The notes beneath the pieces are model-generated. The model was not told the DNA's origin, made no database searches, and saw nothing but the letters and a program-made list of their open reading frames with translations. This document shows positions 1 to 6,942 of a stretch of DNA of 32,000 bases, piece by piece. This stretch comes from Phycisphaera mikurensis NBRC 102666 (GTDB lineage Bacteria; Planctomycetota; Phycisphaerae; Phycisphaerales; Phycisphaeraceae). The stretch spans positions 60,001 through 92,000 of the forward strand of contig NC_017080.1 in the NCBI RefSeq assembly GCF_000284115.1, written 5' to 3'. The first letter of the stretch is position 1, and each line of letters starts with the position of its first letter. The position numbers were made by a program, and so were the translations under genes.

Positions 1-325
1 AGACCGAACGCTTCATCGCCGCCCGCACCCGCTCCGCCTCCCGCGTGCCGTGCCACGCCACGAGCGTGTGCAAGTGCGACGCCGAGCTGCCCACCGCGAT
101 GAGGAGCAGCCGCTGGCGGGCCGCCGCCTCTTGCAGCCAACCGATGCACGACCGCTGCAACGCGGGCGTGCATACCACCTCCGCCCTCTTCATCAAGGCC
201 CGGTGATGCCGAGCCCGAGCCTCGTTCGGCGGCCGGGTCACCCGCCACCGACGGTCGTGATGCCCCGCCTCCCGGTCGACCATCCAGGACCCGTACGTGT
301 GGAGCGTGATGAGAAACAGCGGCAC
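1..325 (-). CDS. HUH (Y1) IS200/IS605-type transposase-like protein, RAYT-like; 3' end runs off the window
   Basis: Not in the ORF track because it is open to the window edge. Minus-strand translation from GTG (325-323) reads VPLFLITLHTYGSWMVDREAGHHDRRWRV...CIGWLQEAAARQRLLLIAVGSSASHLHTLVAWHGTREAERVRAAMKRSV. The N-terminal strand (ITLHTYGSW) and the His-hydrophobic-His motif (SHLHTLV) follow the Y1 transposase layout. Third codon positions are G/C-rich in this frame. The antisense ORF 50..544 is Arg/Pro-rich and is treated as an artefact. Confidence 0.5.
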   Translation of the reverse strand, partial: MPLFLITLHTYGSWMVDREAGHHDRRWRVTRPPNEARARHHRALMKRAEVVCTPALQRSCIGWLQEAAARQRLLLIAVGSSASHLHTLVAWHGTREAERVRAAMKRSV

Positions 326-426
326 AGCGACAAACCTACCAAAGACCGGTCATTCGCGAGCGGCCGCGGTTCCCCTCTCATACACCGCCCTCACACGCAA
401 GCCGAAGAAACCGCCGCAGCCACCCC

Positions 427-745
427 GGCCGCGGTAGCTGCGTGGCGACGCCACGCTGTCCGACTCCCCATCCAGCTCCCTCGCGCACAAGGCAGACAGA
501 GCGGCGTCGCCGCTCCGCTCTCGAAGCCACCCTGGCCGCGCTAGCTGCGTGGCGACGCCACGCTGTCCGAGCCGCCGATCCAGCTCCCTCGCGCACAAGC
601 AGACAGAGCGGCGTCGCCGCTCAGCTCTCGGAGCCAGCCTGGCCGCGGTAGCTGCGTGGCGACGCCACGCTGTCCGACTCCCCATCCAGCCCCCTCGCGC
701 ACAAGGCAGACAGAGCGGCGTCGCCGCTCAGCTCTCGGTCGTCAG
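427..745. repeat. Tandem array of 3 copies of a 107-bp unit; each unit holds two inverted 17-nt palindromes (REPIN-like doublet)
   Basis: Units start at 427, 534 and 641, a period of exactly 107. Palindrome A, GCGTGGCGACGCCACGC, lies at 440-456, 547-563 and 654-670, and is preceded by GTAG (434-437), CTAG (541-544) and GTAG (648-651). Palindrome B, GAGCGGCGTCGCCGCTC, lies at 499-515, 606-622 and 713-729. The sequence between the palindromes is also conserved. Confidence 0.92.
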
Positions 746-779
746 AGTTCCGGCCCCAACGATCTCGAAGCGCTCGCCC

Positions 780-989
780 TCAGCCGAACCTCGCGCTGAG
801 CCCGAAGAAGCCCGTGTGGTTCTTGGCCCGGACCCGCCGAGCGGTCGCGTCCTCCGCCACCCGGAGCGTCCGCTCTTCCGCTTCTCGAACCAGCCGCGCG
901 TTGACCTCCTTCGCGGTCTCCGGCGTGGCCTTGGAGACGCCGTCTTCTGCCCCACCGGACGGATCAGGCTGGTTGTTCTTCGCGTTCAT
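780..989 (-). CDS. Small hydrophilic hypothetical protein (69 aa)
   Basis: Internal ATG (989-987) of ORF 780..1058 gives MNAKNNQPDPSGGAEDGVSKATPETAKEVNARLVREAEERTLRVAEDATARRVRAKNHTGFFGLSARFG. Third-position GC is high throughout. It overlaps the upstream gene end (964) by 26 nt. No family was recognised. Confidence 0.45.
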   Translation of the reverse strand: MNAKNNQPDPSGGAEDGVSKATPETAKEVNARLVREAEERTLRVAEDATARRVRAKNHTGFFGLSARFG

Positions 990-1734
990 GGCGTGTCTCT
1001 TCGACCGAAAGAGTAGCCGGGGCGACCGCCTGCGCCCCTCCCTGCGACACGATGGCAAGCAGGATCCCCGCGACCCCCAGAACCAGCGCGTACACCATCG
1101 CTCCCCCGCTCGCTCTGGTCTTCGCGAGCAGCTCGTCGTTGCGTGCCTGAAGGTTGAGGAAAGCGGCCGACACCGCCTCGTACGACAGCTTCAGAGAGGT
1201 CAGCTCGTCTTCCGTGTCGATCCGCAGCAGCTCCACCGGGAGGCGGAGGTGACCGCTTGCGCTGTTGACGGCTCCATCGTCCCCGGCGGCCGGCGGCTGC
1301 GGCCCGCACGATTCCGCGATCATCCGGCGGAGCGGCGGGTCTTGCCGCGGCCGCCAGAGGAACAAGACGCGCAACCGGCACCGCATCGTGCCGCACCAGG
1401 CCCAGCACCGCCGCGGCCACCGCTTCGGGAACGCGCCAAAGACCAGCTTCGCGAAGGCGAGCCCCGCCGCGACCAGCGAGAGCGTCAGAAGGACCACCGC
1501 CCCGAAGAAGGCGGGCCCGCCGATCCTCGGCAGCAGCGTCACGGCTGCCGTGAAGACCGCACCGGTCGCCGCCACCAGGAGCCCGACGCTGAGCTGGAGC
1601 TCCCGCTGGATCAACCGCGCCCGCTCCTCCTCTGCGGCCCAAGCGAAGCGGGCGTGCTCCAGCAGCACCGCCCCGGCCTTCAGCTGCACACCTTCGTCTT
1701 GCTGAGACTGCAGCAGGAACCCCGAAGAAGCCAT
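964..1734 (-). CDS. Hypothetical 3-TM membrane protein (256 aa)
   Basis: ORF 964..1734 is protein-like with high GC3, for example gcG gtG gtC ctT ctG acG ctC for AVVLLTL. There is an amphipathic N-terminal helix. A TM hairpin follows (VGLLVAATGAVFTAAVTLL / AFFGAVVLLTLSLVAAGLAFAKLVF), then a roughly 110-aa soluble segment and a C-terminal TM (AMVYALVLGVAGILLAIV). The competing ORFs 814..2067(+) and 986..1903(-) are Arg/Pro-rich off-frame artefacts. Confidence 0.7.
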   Translation of the reverse strand: MASSGFLLQSQQDEGVQLKAGAVLLEHARFAWAAEEERARLIQRELQLSVGLLVAATGAVFTAAVTLLPRIGGPAFFGAVVLLTLSLVAAGLAFAKLVFGAFPKRWPRRCWAWCGTMRCRLRVLFLWRPRQDPPLRRMIAESCGPQPPAAGDDGAVNSASGHLRLPVELLRIDTEDELTSLKLSYEAVSAAFLNLQARNDELLAKTRASGGAMVYALVLGVAGILLAIVSQGGAQAVAPATLSVEETRHEREEQPA

Positions 1735-1825
1735 GATTCAACGGTACAGGACCCCCCTGAGCTCCACCCGGACGCCGACCCTCGAGAAGCCCATCAAGAC
1801 GCGGAAGACGCCCGCCCCACAGCCG

Positions 1826-1910
1826 CGAGAGCGGCGTGGCGACACCACGCCGCCCCACCCCCGATTCGGCCCACCTCCGCACAAGCAGACAGAGCGGCGT
1901 CACCGCTCGG
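1826..1910. repeat. Fourth, degenerate copy of the hairpin doublet seen at 427-745 (same orientation)
   Basis: GCGTGGCGACaCCACGC lies at 1834-1850 and GAGCGGCGTCaCCGCTC at 1892-1908, with 58-nt spacing versus 59 in the array. The shared segment cgcacaag(g)cagacagagcggcgtc is present. Both palindromes carry a G-to-A change but keep 6-bp stems. No GTAG is seen 5' of palindrome A. Confidence 0.8.
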
Positions 1911-2117
1911 TTTCCTCAGTCAGCCCTCACGGAGGGGCTTGTTCGCAGGCACCACAGCCGTGCCCGAGTCCTCGGACCGCGTCGCCGGCGTCGAACACGA
2001 TCACCGCGGACATCATGAGGTGAACCCCCTTGAAATCTGCTCCAAGTCCTTTGATGCTCGATCGTAGAGTGTTCGACTTCCATCTTTCCCGCCACTCGCT
2101 CTCTTGCACGCCGCATG

Positions 2118-3374
2118 TCACGCGGCTCCGGATCCACTGGCAGCCGCCTGGTCGATCCTCATCGCATGCAGAAGCTTCTCGTCATGATGGAGTGGCGCCG
2201 CGCGTTTGAGAGCAATCTGAAGGAGCAGAACCCAGACAAGAACACCAAGCAGCGATTGCAGCGGACCCGCGACAATCCTCCCTGGCAGCCAGAGCGTGAT
2301 GCCCATCGCGATCCAGGGCATCCAGCAACGCAGGAGGCTCATCGAGGCTGGTCTTGTTCCAATCGCCTGCAGCAGCAGCAGCTGCAAGAGAAACGTCAGG
2401 AGAAGATTGTCGTATCCGCGGTGGTAGAAGCTGATCCGGGCGATCACACCAGCGATAGCGAAGAGCAAGAGCGGGGAAGCCGATCGATACCACCAGAGTA
2501 GCCAGCAGCCGAACAGCAAGCCGATCGCGGCGACGCCGTACGTCGCCCAAGGCTCCGGCAATTCGAGCCACGAGCGTGAAGCCTTAATCACACCTCCGGC
2601 CCGGTGAGTATAACTCGCGAGGTGGCTCGAAGCACCGACCTGCGATTCCCACGGTGCAACGCCAGTTAGTAGCCAATGCAATGCTCCCGCCCCCATCACC
2701 AAGGTGCAGGCAGTCGCGAAACCGACCCACCAGCTTCTTCGGCATAAGAGCACGAGCAGGAACGGTGCCGCCAGCGTGGGCTTCACCATTGCGAAGCCAA
2801 TGCAGATTCCTGCGATAGCGGCTTTCTGGCGGTGCAGCAAGATCATCGAAGCGACAAGCGCCCCCATCACCACCACCCCGTAGTTGGCCACCGCAAGCGT
2901 AGCGGGGTAGCTCACCATACCAAAGACAGACGCGAAGCCGAGGCAGCGCACCCCCCGGGGCCCGGCCCGAGTCAGCTTCGCTGCCCATAGGAGCACGAGC
3001 ACCCACGCTGCCAGCGACAACGCCATGAACCACCGATCCGCCACAACGACGTCCGGTGGCCAGTGGAGGGGCACGGCCAGCCCGTAGGCGAACGGAGGAT
3101 ACTCGCCGATCGGCCATGCTCGCTGGGGCAACCGAAGAGCTTCGAAAAAGCGAATCCCCTCTGTCTCGAGAAGGCCCATTGCGAATTCGTCATCGCGGTT
3201 TGCCACCGCTTGGTGCAACAAATTCGGATCGATCCCACGCAGCACGTAGTGCACCTGCTGCCATCGCAACGCGGCATCGCCACCTTGCCCTCGTTCCCAG
3301 CGCTGCGACGCCACCGTGGTGTAGGTCACACCGAGGAGCAGCAAGCAGACGGTGAAGAATCGGCTAACTTTCAT
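2118..3374 (-). CDS. GT-C fold glycosyltransferase, GT87/DUF2029-like (paralog 1 of 3)
   Basis: A 418-aa polytopic membrane protein. The central motif GFAMVKPTLAAPFLLVLLCRR resembles the (V/L)KPQL...RWR motifs of the two other DUF2029-like genes in this window. It lies in the lowest-GC part of the window. Confidence 0.75.
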   Translation of the reverse strand: MKVSRFFTVCLLLLGVTYTTVASQRWERGQGGDAALRWQQVHYVLRGIDPNLLHQAVANRDDEFAMGLLETEGIRFFEALRLPQRAWPIGEYPPFAYGLAVPLHWPPDVVVADRWFMALSLAAWVLVLLWAAKLTRAGPRGVRCLGFASVFGMVSYPATLAVANYGVVVMGALVASMILLHRQKAAIAGICIGFAMVKPTLAAPFLLVLLCRRSWWVGFATACTLVMGAGALHWLLTGVAPWESQVGASSHLASYTHRAGGVIKASRSWLELPEPWATYGVAAIGLLFGCWLLWWYRSASPLLLFAIAGVIARISFYHRGYDNLLLTFLLQLLLLQAIGTRPASMSLLRCWMPWIAMGITLWLPGRIVAGPLQSLLGVLVWVLLLQIALKRAAPLHHDEKLLHAMRIDQAAASGSGAA

Positions 3375-3798
3375 CCCGGGCCGCTATGACTCGACGGTTC
3401 GAACGCCGGTCGCTGCCGCTTCTCTCGGATCCAAGCTTCATCAGGCGTACTCCCATCGCTTCGGTGATCGCCTTCGAAGCGTCATCCAAGGCTGCGCCCC
3501 GAAAGCTACGATAGCTAGAAATCTTCTGGGGTGTTTCCGACCTTGCGGGTACCCCAGAATGACCGGTTGACACCTGACAAAGCTCATGAAAGGATGATCG
3601 GGACTCTGAGTTCGCCACGGTGAGGGACAAGAGCGGGAGCTGGACACCGATTTCTCATGAGCGTTGTCAGCCGGTGCGTGACCGGAGGAAACATCGCACC
3701 GGCAGATCGGACGCTTGGGCCGGTAGCCGAGGGGGCTGCGGGCGGAAGGGAAGGCACACCCGCTCTTTGCACACTGGCACGGCTCAGATCTTCGCTTG

Positions 3799-4330
3799 CT
3801 ATAAACAACTCCGCGGGCGATCTTTGCGCAGCTTTCTATCGCCGGGCGCATGCTGTCGGACTGCGCTGGCAGCGACCGGATCTTCCTTCGCGTGGTTCCG
3901 CCGCCACGCGGTCTCGGCGCCGACTCCTGTGCAGCGCCATCGACGCTTCCAGGCGTGCGCGGATGACGCCGCCACAGTGCGATCCATCTCGCACGGCAGA
4001 GCCATGTTGTCCTTCTTGGCCGCCTCCGTCTCGAGGGCGTCGGCGTGCGTCTGGAGCTTGCGGGAGGTCCCGACCCGCCGCTCGATCCACCCGCCAGCTT
4101 GCTAAATCTTGCAGGGAGCCTGGGTTCTGGCTGCTGAACTTCGGCCAGGCGAGCCGAGGCGGATGACGGACTCCGTGGAGGCCACGAAGGAACGGATCGT
4201 CTGCGACACCGAGTTGGAGTCGCCGCGGACAGCGGCGGGAGCTTTGGTCTGCACTTGGACCGACACCTCCTGGGTGTAGCGGCTGCTGGGCGACAGGCAC
4301 GCGAAGCCGGGTCGTGAGGAGCTTGGGTTA
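3799..4330 (-). pseudogene. Decayed coding remnant: one minus frame with coding-like GC3 interrupted by an in-frame TAG (4102-4104), probably with further frameshifts
   Basis: The frame reads ...SPSSRYTQEVSVQVQTKAPAAVRGDSNSVSQTIRSFVASTESVIRLGSPG...KI*QAGGWIERRVGTSRKLQTHADALETEAAKKDNMA... In the stretch counted, about 44 of 48 third positions are G/C against about 27 of 48 first positions, which is the pattern of genuine coding. There is no convincing start codon and no recognisable family. A coiled-coil-like segment is present (LQTHADALETEAAKK). Confidence 0.3.
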
Positions 4331-4421
4331 ACGTGCTCCCCAAGGAGCGGGATCGTGATCGCCTCAAGCCCCCGGCGGCGATGCCCGAGAAGCCGAAGCG
4401 GCAAGCCGGCGGCCCTGGCGC

Positions 4422-5999
4422 GTGCCCGCCGCACCGACTGGGCGAGACGCTCTGCTTCGCGACGCCATGCCCCCCCACGCCGCCACTGATCTGCGAGCCG
4501 AGGCGCGTGCTGGCGCCTTCTGGACAACGCTGCTCACAGTCGCCTCGCGCCTGCAGCAAACGGTGATGCAGCTCGTGCTGGCGTGGCTGCTCTCGCCGTC
4601 GGACTTCGGGCTGATCGCGATGGCCACGACGGTGATGGCGTTTGCCTGGTTCCTCCGGCATGCCGGCCTCGGGTCGATTCTCATCCAGCGTCAGAAAAGA
4701 TTCAGTCTTTGGGTAAGCCCGGCCACTGCGATGGTCTGCCTGTCTGGCGCGGCTGCGACGCTGCTGGCCCTGGCGGCCGCAGCTCCCGCGGCGCGGGCCT
4801 ATGGCCGCCCAGAGCTCGCTTTCATCATCGGCCTGTTTGCGCTCTCGGTGCTGCCCGAGGCTCTGCGCTCAATCGCCCAAGCGAAGCTTCGGGCCGACCT
4901 GCGGTTCCGGTCGCTCACCCAGCTGCAGCTTCTGAATCTCGCGCTGGTGTTCGCTTTGAGTGTCGGCCTGGCGTGGTTGAACTTCGGTGTCTATGCCCTA
5001 GTCATTCCCCGCGTGGCGGGCGGCTTCTTCGGCCTCGCAGCGGAGTGGGCGGTGGCACGCCCGGGGCTGCGACCCCGACGGATGCTGCGCCCGCGTCGCT
5101 GGAAGCACCTGCTCGGCAGCAGTGTGTGGATCACGCTCGCGGGCTTGAGCGTGCAGTTCATGAATCAAGGCGACTACGCGGTGCTCGGATTCTTCGAGGA
5201 TGAGGAGCTGGTGGGCCACTACTACTTCGCCTTCCTGCTCAGCTCGCAGGCGATGATGCTGGTGACCATCAACATCGGCGGGGTGCTCACGCCTGTGCTC
5301 GCGCGGATGCAGGACCGGCCCGCCGAGCAGGCCGACCGCTTCGACGAGGTCTGTCGGCTGATCGCCTTGGTCGGCTTCCCCGCCTGCTTCGGTTTGGCGC
5401 TCGTGGCCGACCCCCTCCTCCGCGTGTGCTTCGACCCCCGTTACCTGCCGGCGATACCTTTTCTCCAGTGGCTGTCGGTGGGCATGGCCTTCCGGCTTGT
5501 GGGGCACAACGGCTCGTTTCTGCTGCAGGCCAACGGCCGCTGGCGGCGCTACTTCCTGCTCAGCTTCGCCAACGCTGTGCTCTTCCTCGCGGCATGCTTG
5601 GTGGGCCACACCCTCGGCGGCGCCGCGGGTCTCACCGCGGGCGTCACGCTCTTTTACGCCGCCTTCGGCGTCTCCCAGCTCGCCTTCTCCGGCGCCCGCA
5701 GCGAGCGGCCGAAGGCCGCACGGCTTGCACGGATCTACACCGCCCCCCTGGCGGCCACCGCCCCGGCCTACGCCGGACTCGCTGCCATCGCCGGAGCTCT
5801 CGCGTGGCCGCCGCTCGTGGAGCTGCCGCTCCTGATCCTTGCCGGCATGGCTTCCACTGGACTCGTCCTGCGCTTGGCTTTCCCCGCGGCTTTCGCCGCT
5901 GTGCTCGAACAGCTACCGGGCGAGCGGTGGATCCAACGCCTGCCACGGTTCGCTGCCGGGCGTCAGATCGCCGACAATACAGCGGATCCTTCTACCTGA
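4422..5999 (+). CDS. wzx: Polysaccharide flippase, MOP/PST (Wzx-like) family
   Basis: A 525-aa protein with about 12-14 predicted TM segments. The composition is typical of PST-family lipopolysaccharide biosynthesis proteins (…VASRLQQTVMQLVLAWLLSPSDFGLIAMATTVMAF…, …YYFAFLLSSQAMMLV…). It is first in a co-directional run with the sulfotransferase, polymerase and GT4. An alternative ATG is at 4467. Confidence 0.82.
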   Translation: MPAAPTGRDALLRDAMPPHAATDLRAEARAGAFWTTLLTVASRLQQTVMQLVLAWLLSPSDFGLIAMATTVMAFAWFLRHAGLGSILIQRQKRFSLWVSPATAMVCLSGAAATLLALAAAAPAARAYGRPELAFIIGLFALSVLPEALRSIAQAKLRADLRFRSLTQLQLLNLALVFALSVGLAWLNFGVYALVIPRVAGGFFGLAAEWAVARPGLRPRRMLRPRRWKHLLGSSVWITLAGLSVQFMNQGDYAVLGFFEDEELVGHYYFAFLLSSQAMMLVTINIGGVLTPVLARMQDRPAEQADRFDEVCRLIALVGFPACFGLALVADPLLRVCFDPRYLPAIPFLQWLSVGMAFRLVGHNGSFLLQANGRWRRYFLLSFANAVLFLAACLVGHTLGGAAGLTAGVTLFYAAFGVSQLAFSGARSERPKAARLARIYTAPLAATAPAYAGLAAIAGALAWPPLVELPLLILAGMASTGLVLRLAFPAAFAAVLEQLPGERWIQRLPRFAAGRQIADNTADPST

Positions 6000-6075
6000 G
6001 CATCCACCCGCGCGGCCCTTAGACTCCTCGGCTCCCTTGCCTCTTGCCGGCGGCACCCGCTGACTTCCGCCTCCG

Positions 6076-6927
6076 ATGACCGCTCATCCCCTCCAGAAGC
6101 GCCCCGACTTCCTTCTCATCGGGGCCCAAAAGGCGGGCACCACGTCGCTGTTCTTCGACCTGCGGGCGCAGCCCAGCCTCTTCGTGCCCGACGGGAAAGA
6201 GCTGCGCGTACTTCTTGAGGACGAGGACGACCGGGTGCGTGCCCTGTACGAGCGCCACTTCGCCCAAGCGCCGGCGGGACAGCTCCGCGGCGACTGCTCC
6301 ACCGATTACGCCAAGCGGACGGAGCACCCCGGCGTGCCAGAGCGTGCCCGGCGGCTGCTGGGGGCCGACACCCGGCTGATCTACATGCTCCGCGATCCGG
6401 TCCAGCGGCTGTTGAGCCACCACCACCACGAGTGCAATCGCGGCGAGCCGCTCCCGCTCGCGGACGCGCTCGACGCTTGGCCCCGGCTCGTCGACAACTC
6501 GCGTTACGCCTTTCAAGCGGAAGCGTGGCTGGAGCATTTTTCCGCGGATCGGCTGCTCGTCGTGTTCTTCGAGGATTTCGTCCGCGACCGGGCGGCGGTC
6601 GTAGAGCGGTGCTGCACCTTCTTGGGGTCCGGCTTCTCGCCGGAGGCGGTTGGCGACGCGGTGCACAATCGCAGCAGCGGGAAGGCTCGGGCCGATGCCC
6701 CGGTCCAACGCCTGCGAAAGCTGCCGCTGTATCAAAGCGTGGTCCGGCCGCTCGTGCCGCTGGAGCTGCGGCTCAAGATCGTCCGGGCGTTGAGCCCCAA
6801 GGCCCCCAAGCGCGCATCAACCCTCGATCCGGTGCTACAAGAGCGGGTGAACGCCGCGCTCGCACCGGACCGGGAGCGGCTCGAGGCAATGTTGGGCGCC
6901 CCGGCACCTTGGGCGTCCGCACGTTGA
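6076..6927 (+). CDS. PAPS-dependent sulfotransferase
   Basis: The 5'-phosphosulfate-binding loop is PDFLLIGAQKAGTTSL. The 3'-phosphate-binding motif is RLIYMLRDPVQRLLSHH. At 283 aa it has the size typical of bacterial carbohydrate sulfotransferases. Confidence 0.85.
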   Translation: MTAHPLQKRPDFLLIGAQKAGTTSLFFDLRAQPSLFVPDGKELRVLLEDEDDRVRALYERHFAQAPAGQLRGDCSTDYAKRTEHPGVPERARRLLGADTRLIYMLRDPVQRLLSHHHHECNRGEPLPLADALDAWPRLVDNSRYAFQAEAWLEHFSADRLLVVFFEDFVRDRAAVVERCCTFLGSGFSPEAVGDAVHNRSSGKARADAPVQRLRKLPLYQSVVRPLVPLELRLKIVRALSPKAPKRASTLDPVLQERVNAALAPDRERLEAMLGAPAPWASAR

Positions 6928-6942
6928 AGGGGGAAATCCAGC

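Noticed and set aside
427-745. Possible CRISPR array, given the regularly spaced palindromic repeats
   Set aside because: The whole 107-bp unit is conserved between copies, including the segments between the palindromes. There are therefore no variable spacers. The period is far larger than a CRISPR repeat plus spacer, and no cas genes are present.
780-1734. Reading the 3-TM protein as part of a Pycsar/CBASS-type defence system
   Set aside because: No nucleotide cyclase, SMODS or other sensor gene is adjacent. The resemblance rests on architecture alone, so only the membrane-protein call is retained.
1927-2016. A 29-codon minus-strand ORF (MMSAVIVFDAGDAVRGLGHGCGACEQAPP) with a CGAC motif, considered as a possible RiPP precursor or small protein
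   Set aside because: It is too short for any statistical support. No modifying enzyme or transporter lies next to it, and no ribosome-binding site is evident.
350-2023. Track ORFs starting MATPRCP… (442..651, 549..1016, 1836..2018) and their antisense partners (350..685, 378..596)
   Set aside because: They are generated by the repeat units themselves, since the same peptide recurs with each copy. They are Arg/Pro/Ala-rich and lack coding-type codon-position bias.
3427-3438. Adjacent BamHI and HindIII sites (GGATCCAAGCTT), suggestive of a cloning polylinker
   Set aside because: It is only 12 nt with no flanking vector-like sequence recognisable. It is most parsimoniously a coincidence in the relatively AT-richer spacer. 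It is recorded only so that assembly or vector contamination can be excluded.
3567-3572. Perfect TTGACA hexamer as a -35 box for the flippase operon
   Set aside because: No acceptable -10 element lies at 16-19 nt spacing (the best is AAGGAT). It is also about 850 nt upstream of the first gene. It is kept only as a note within the spacer finding.
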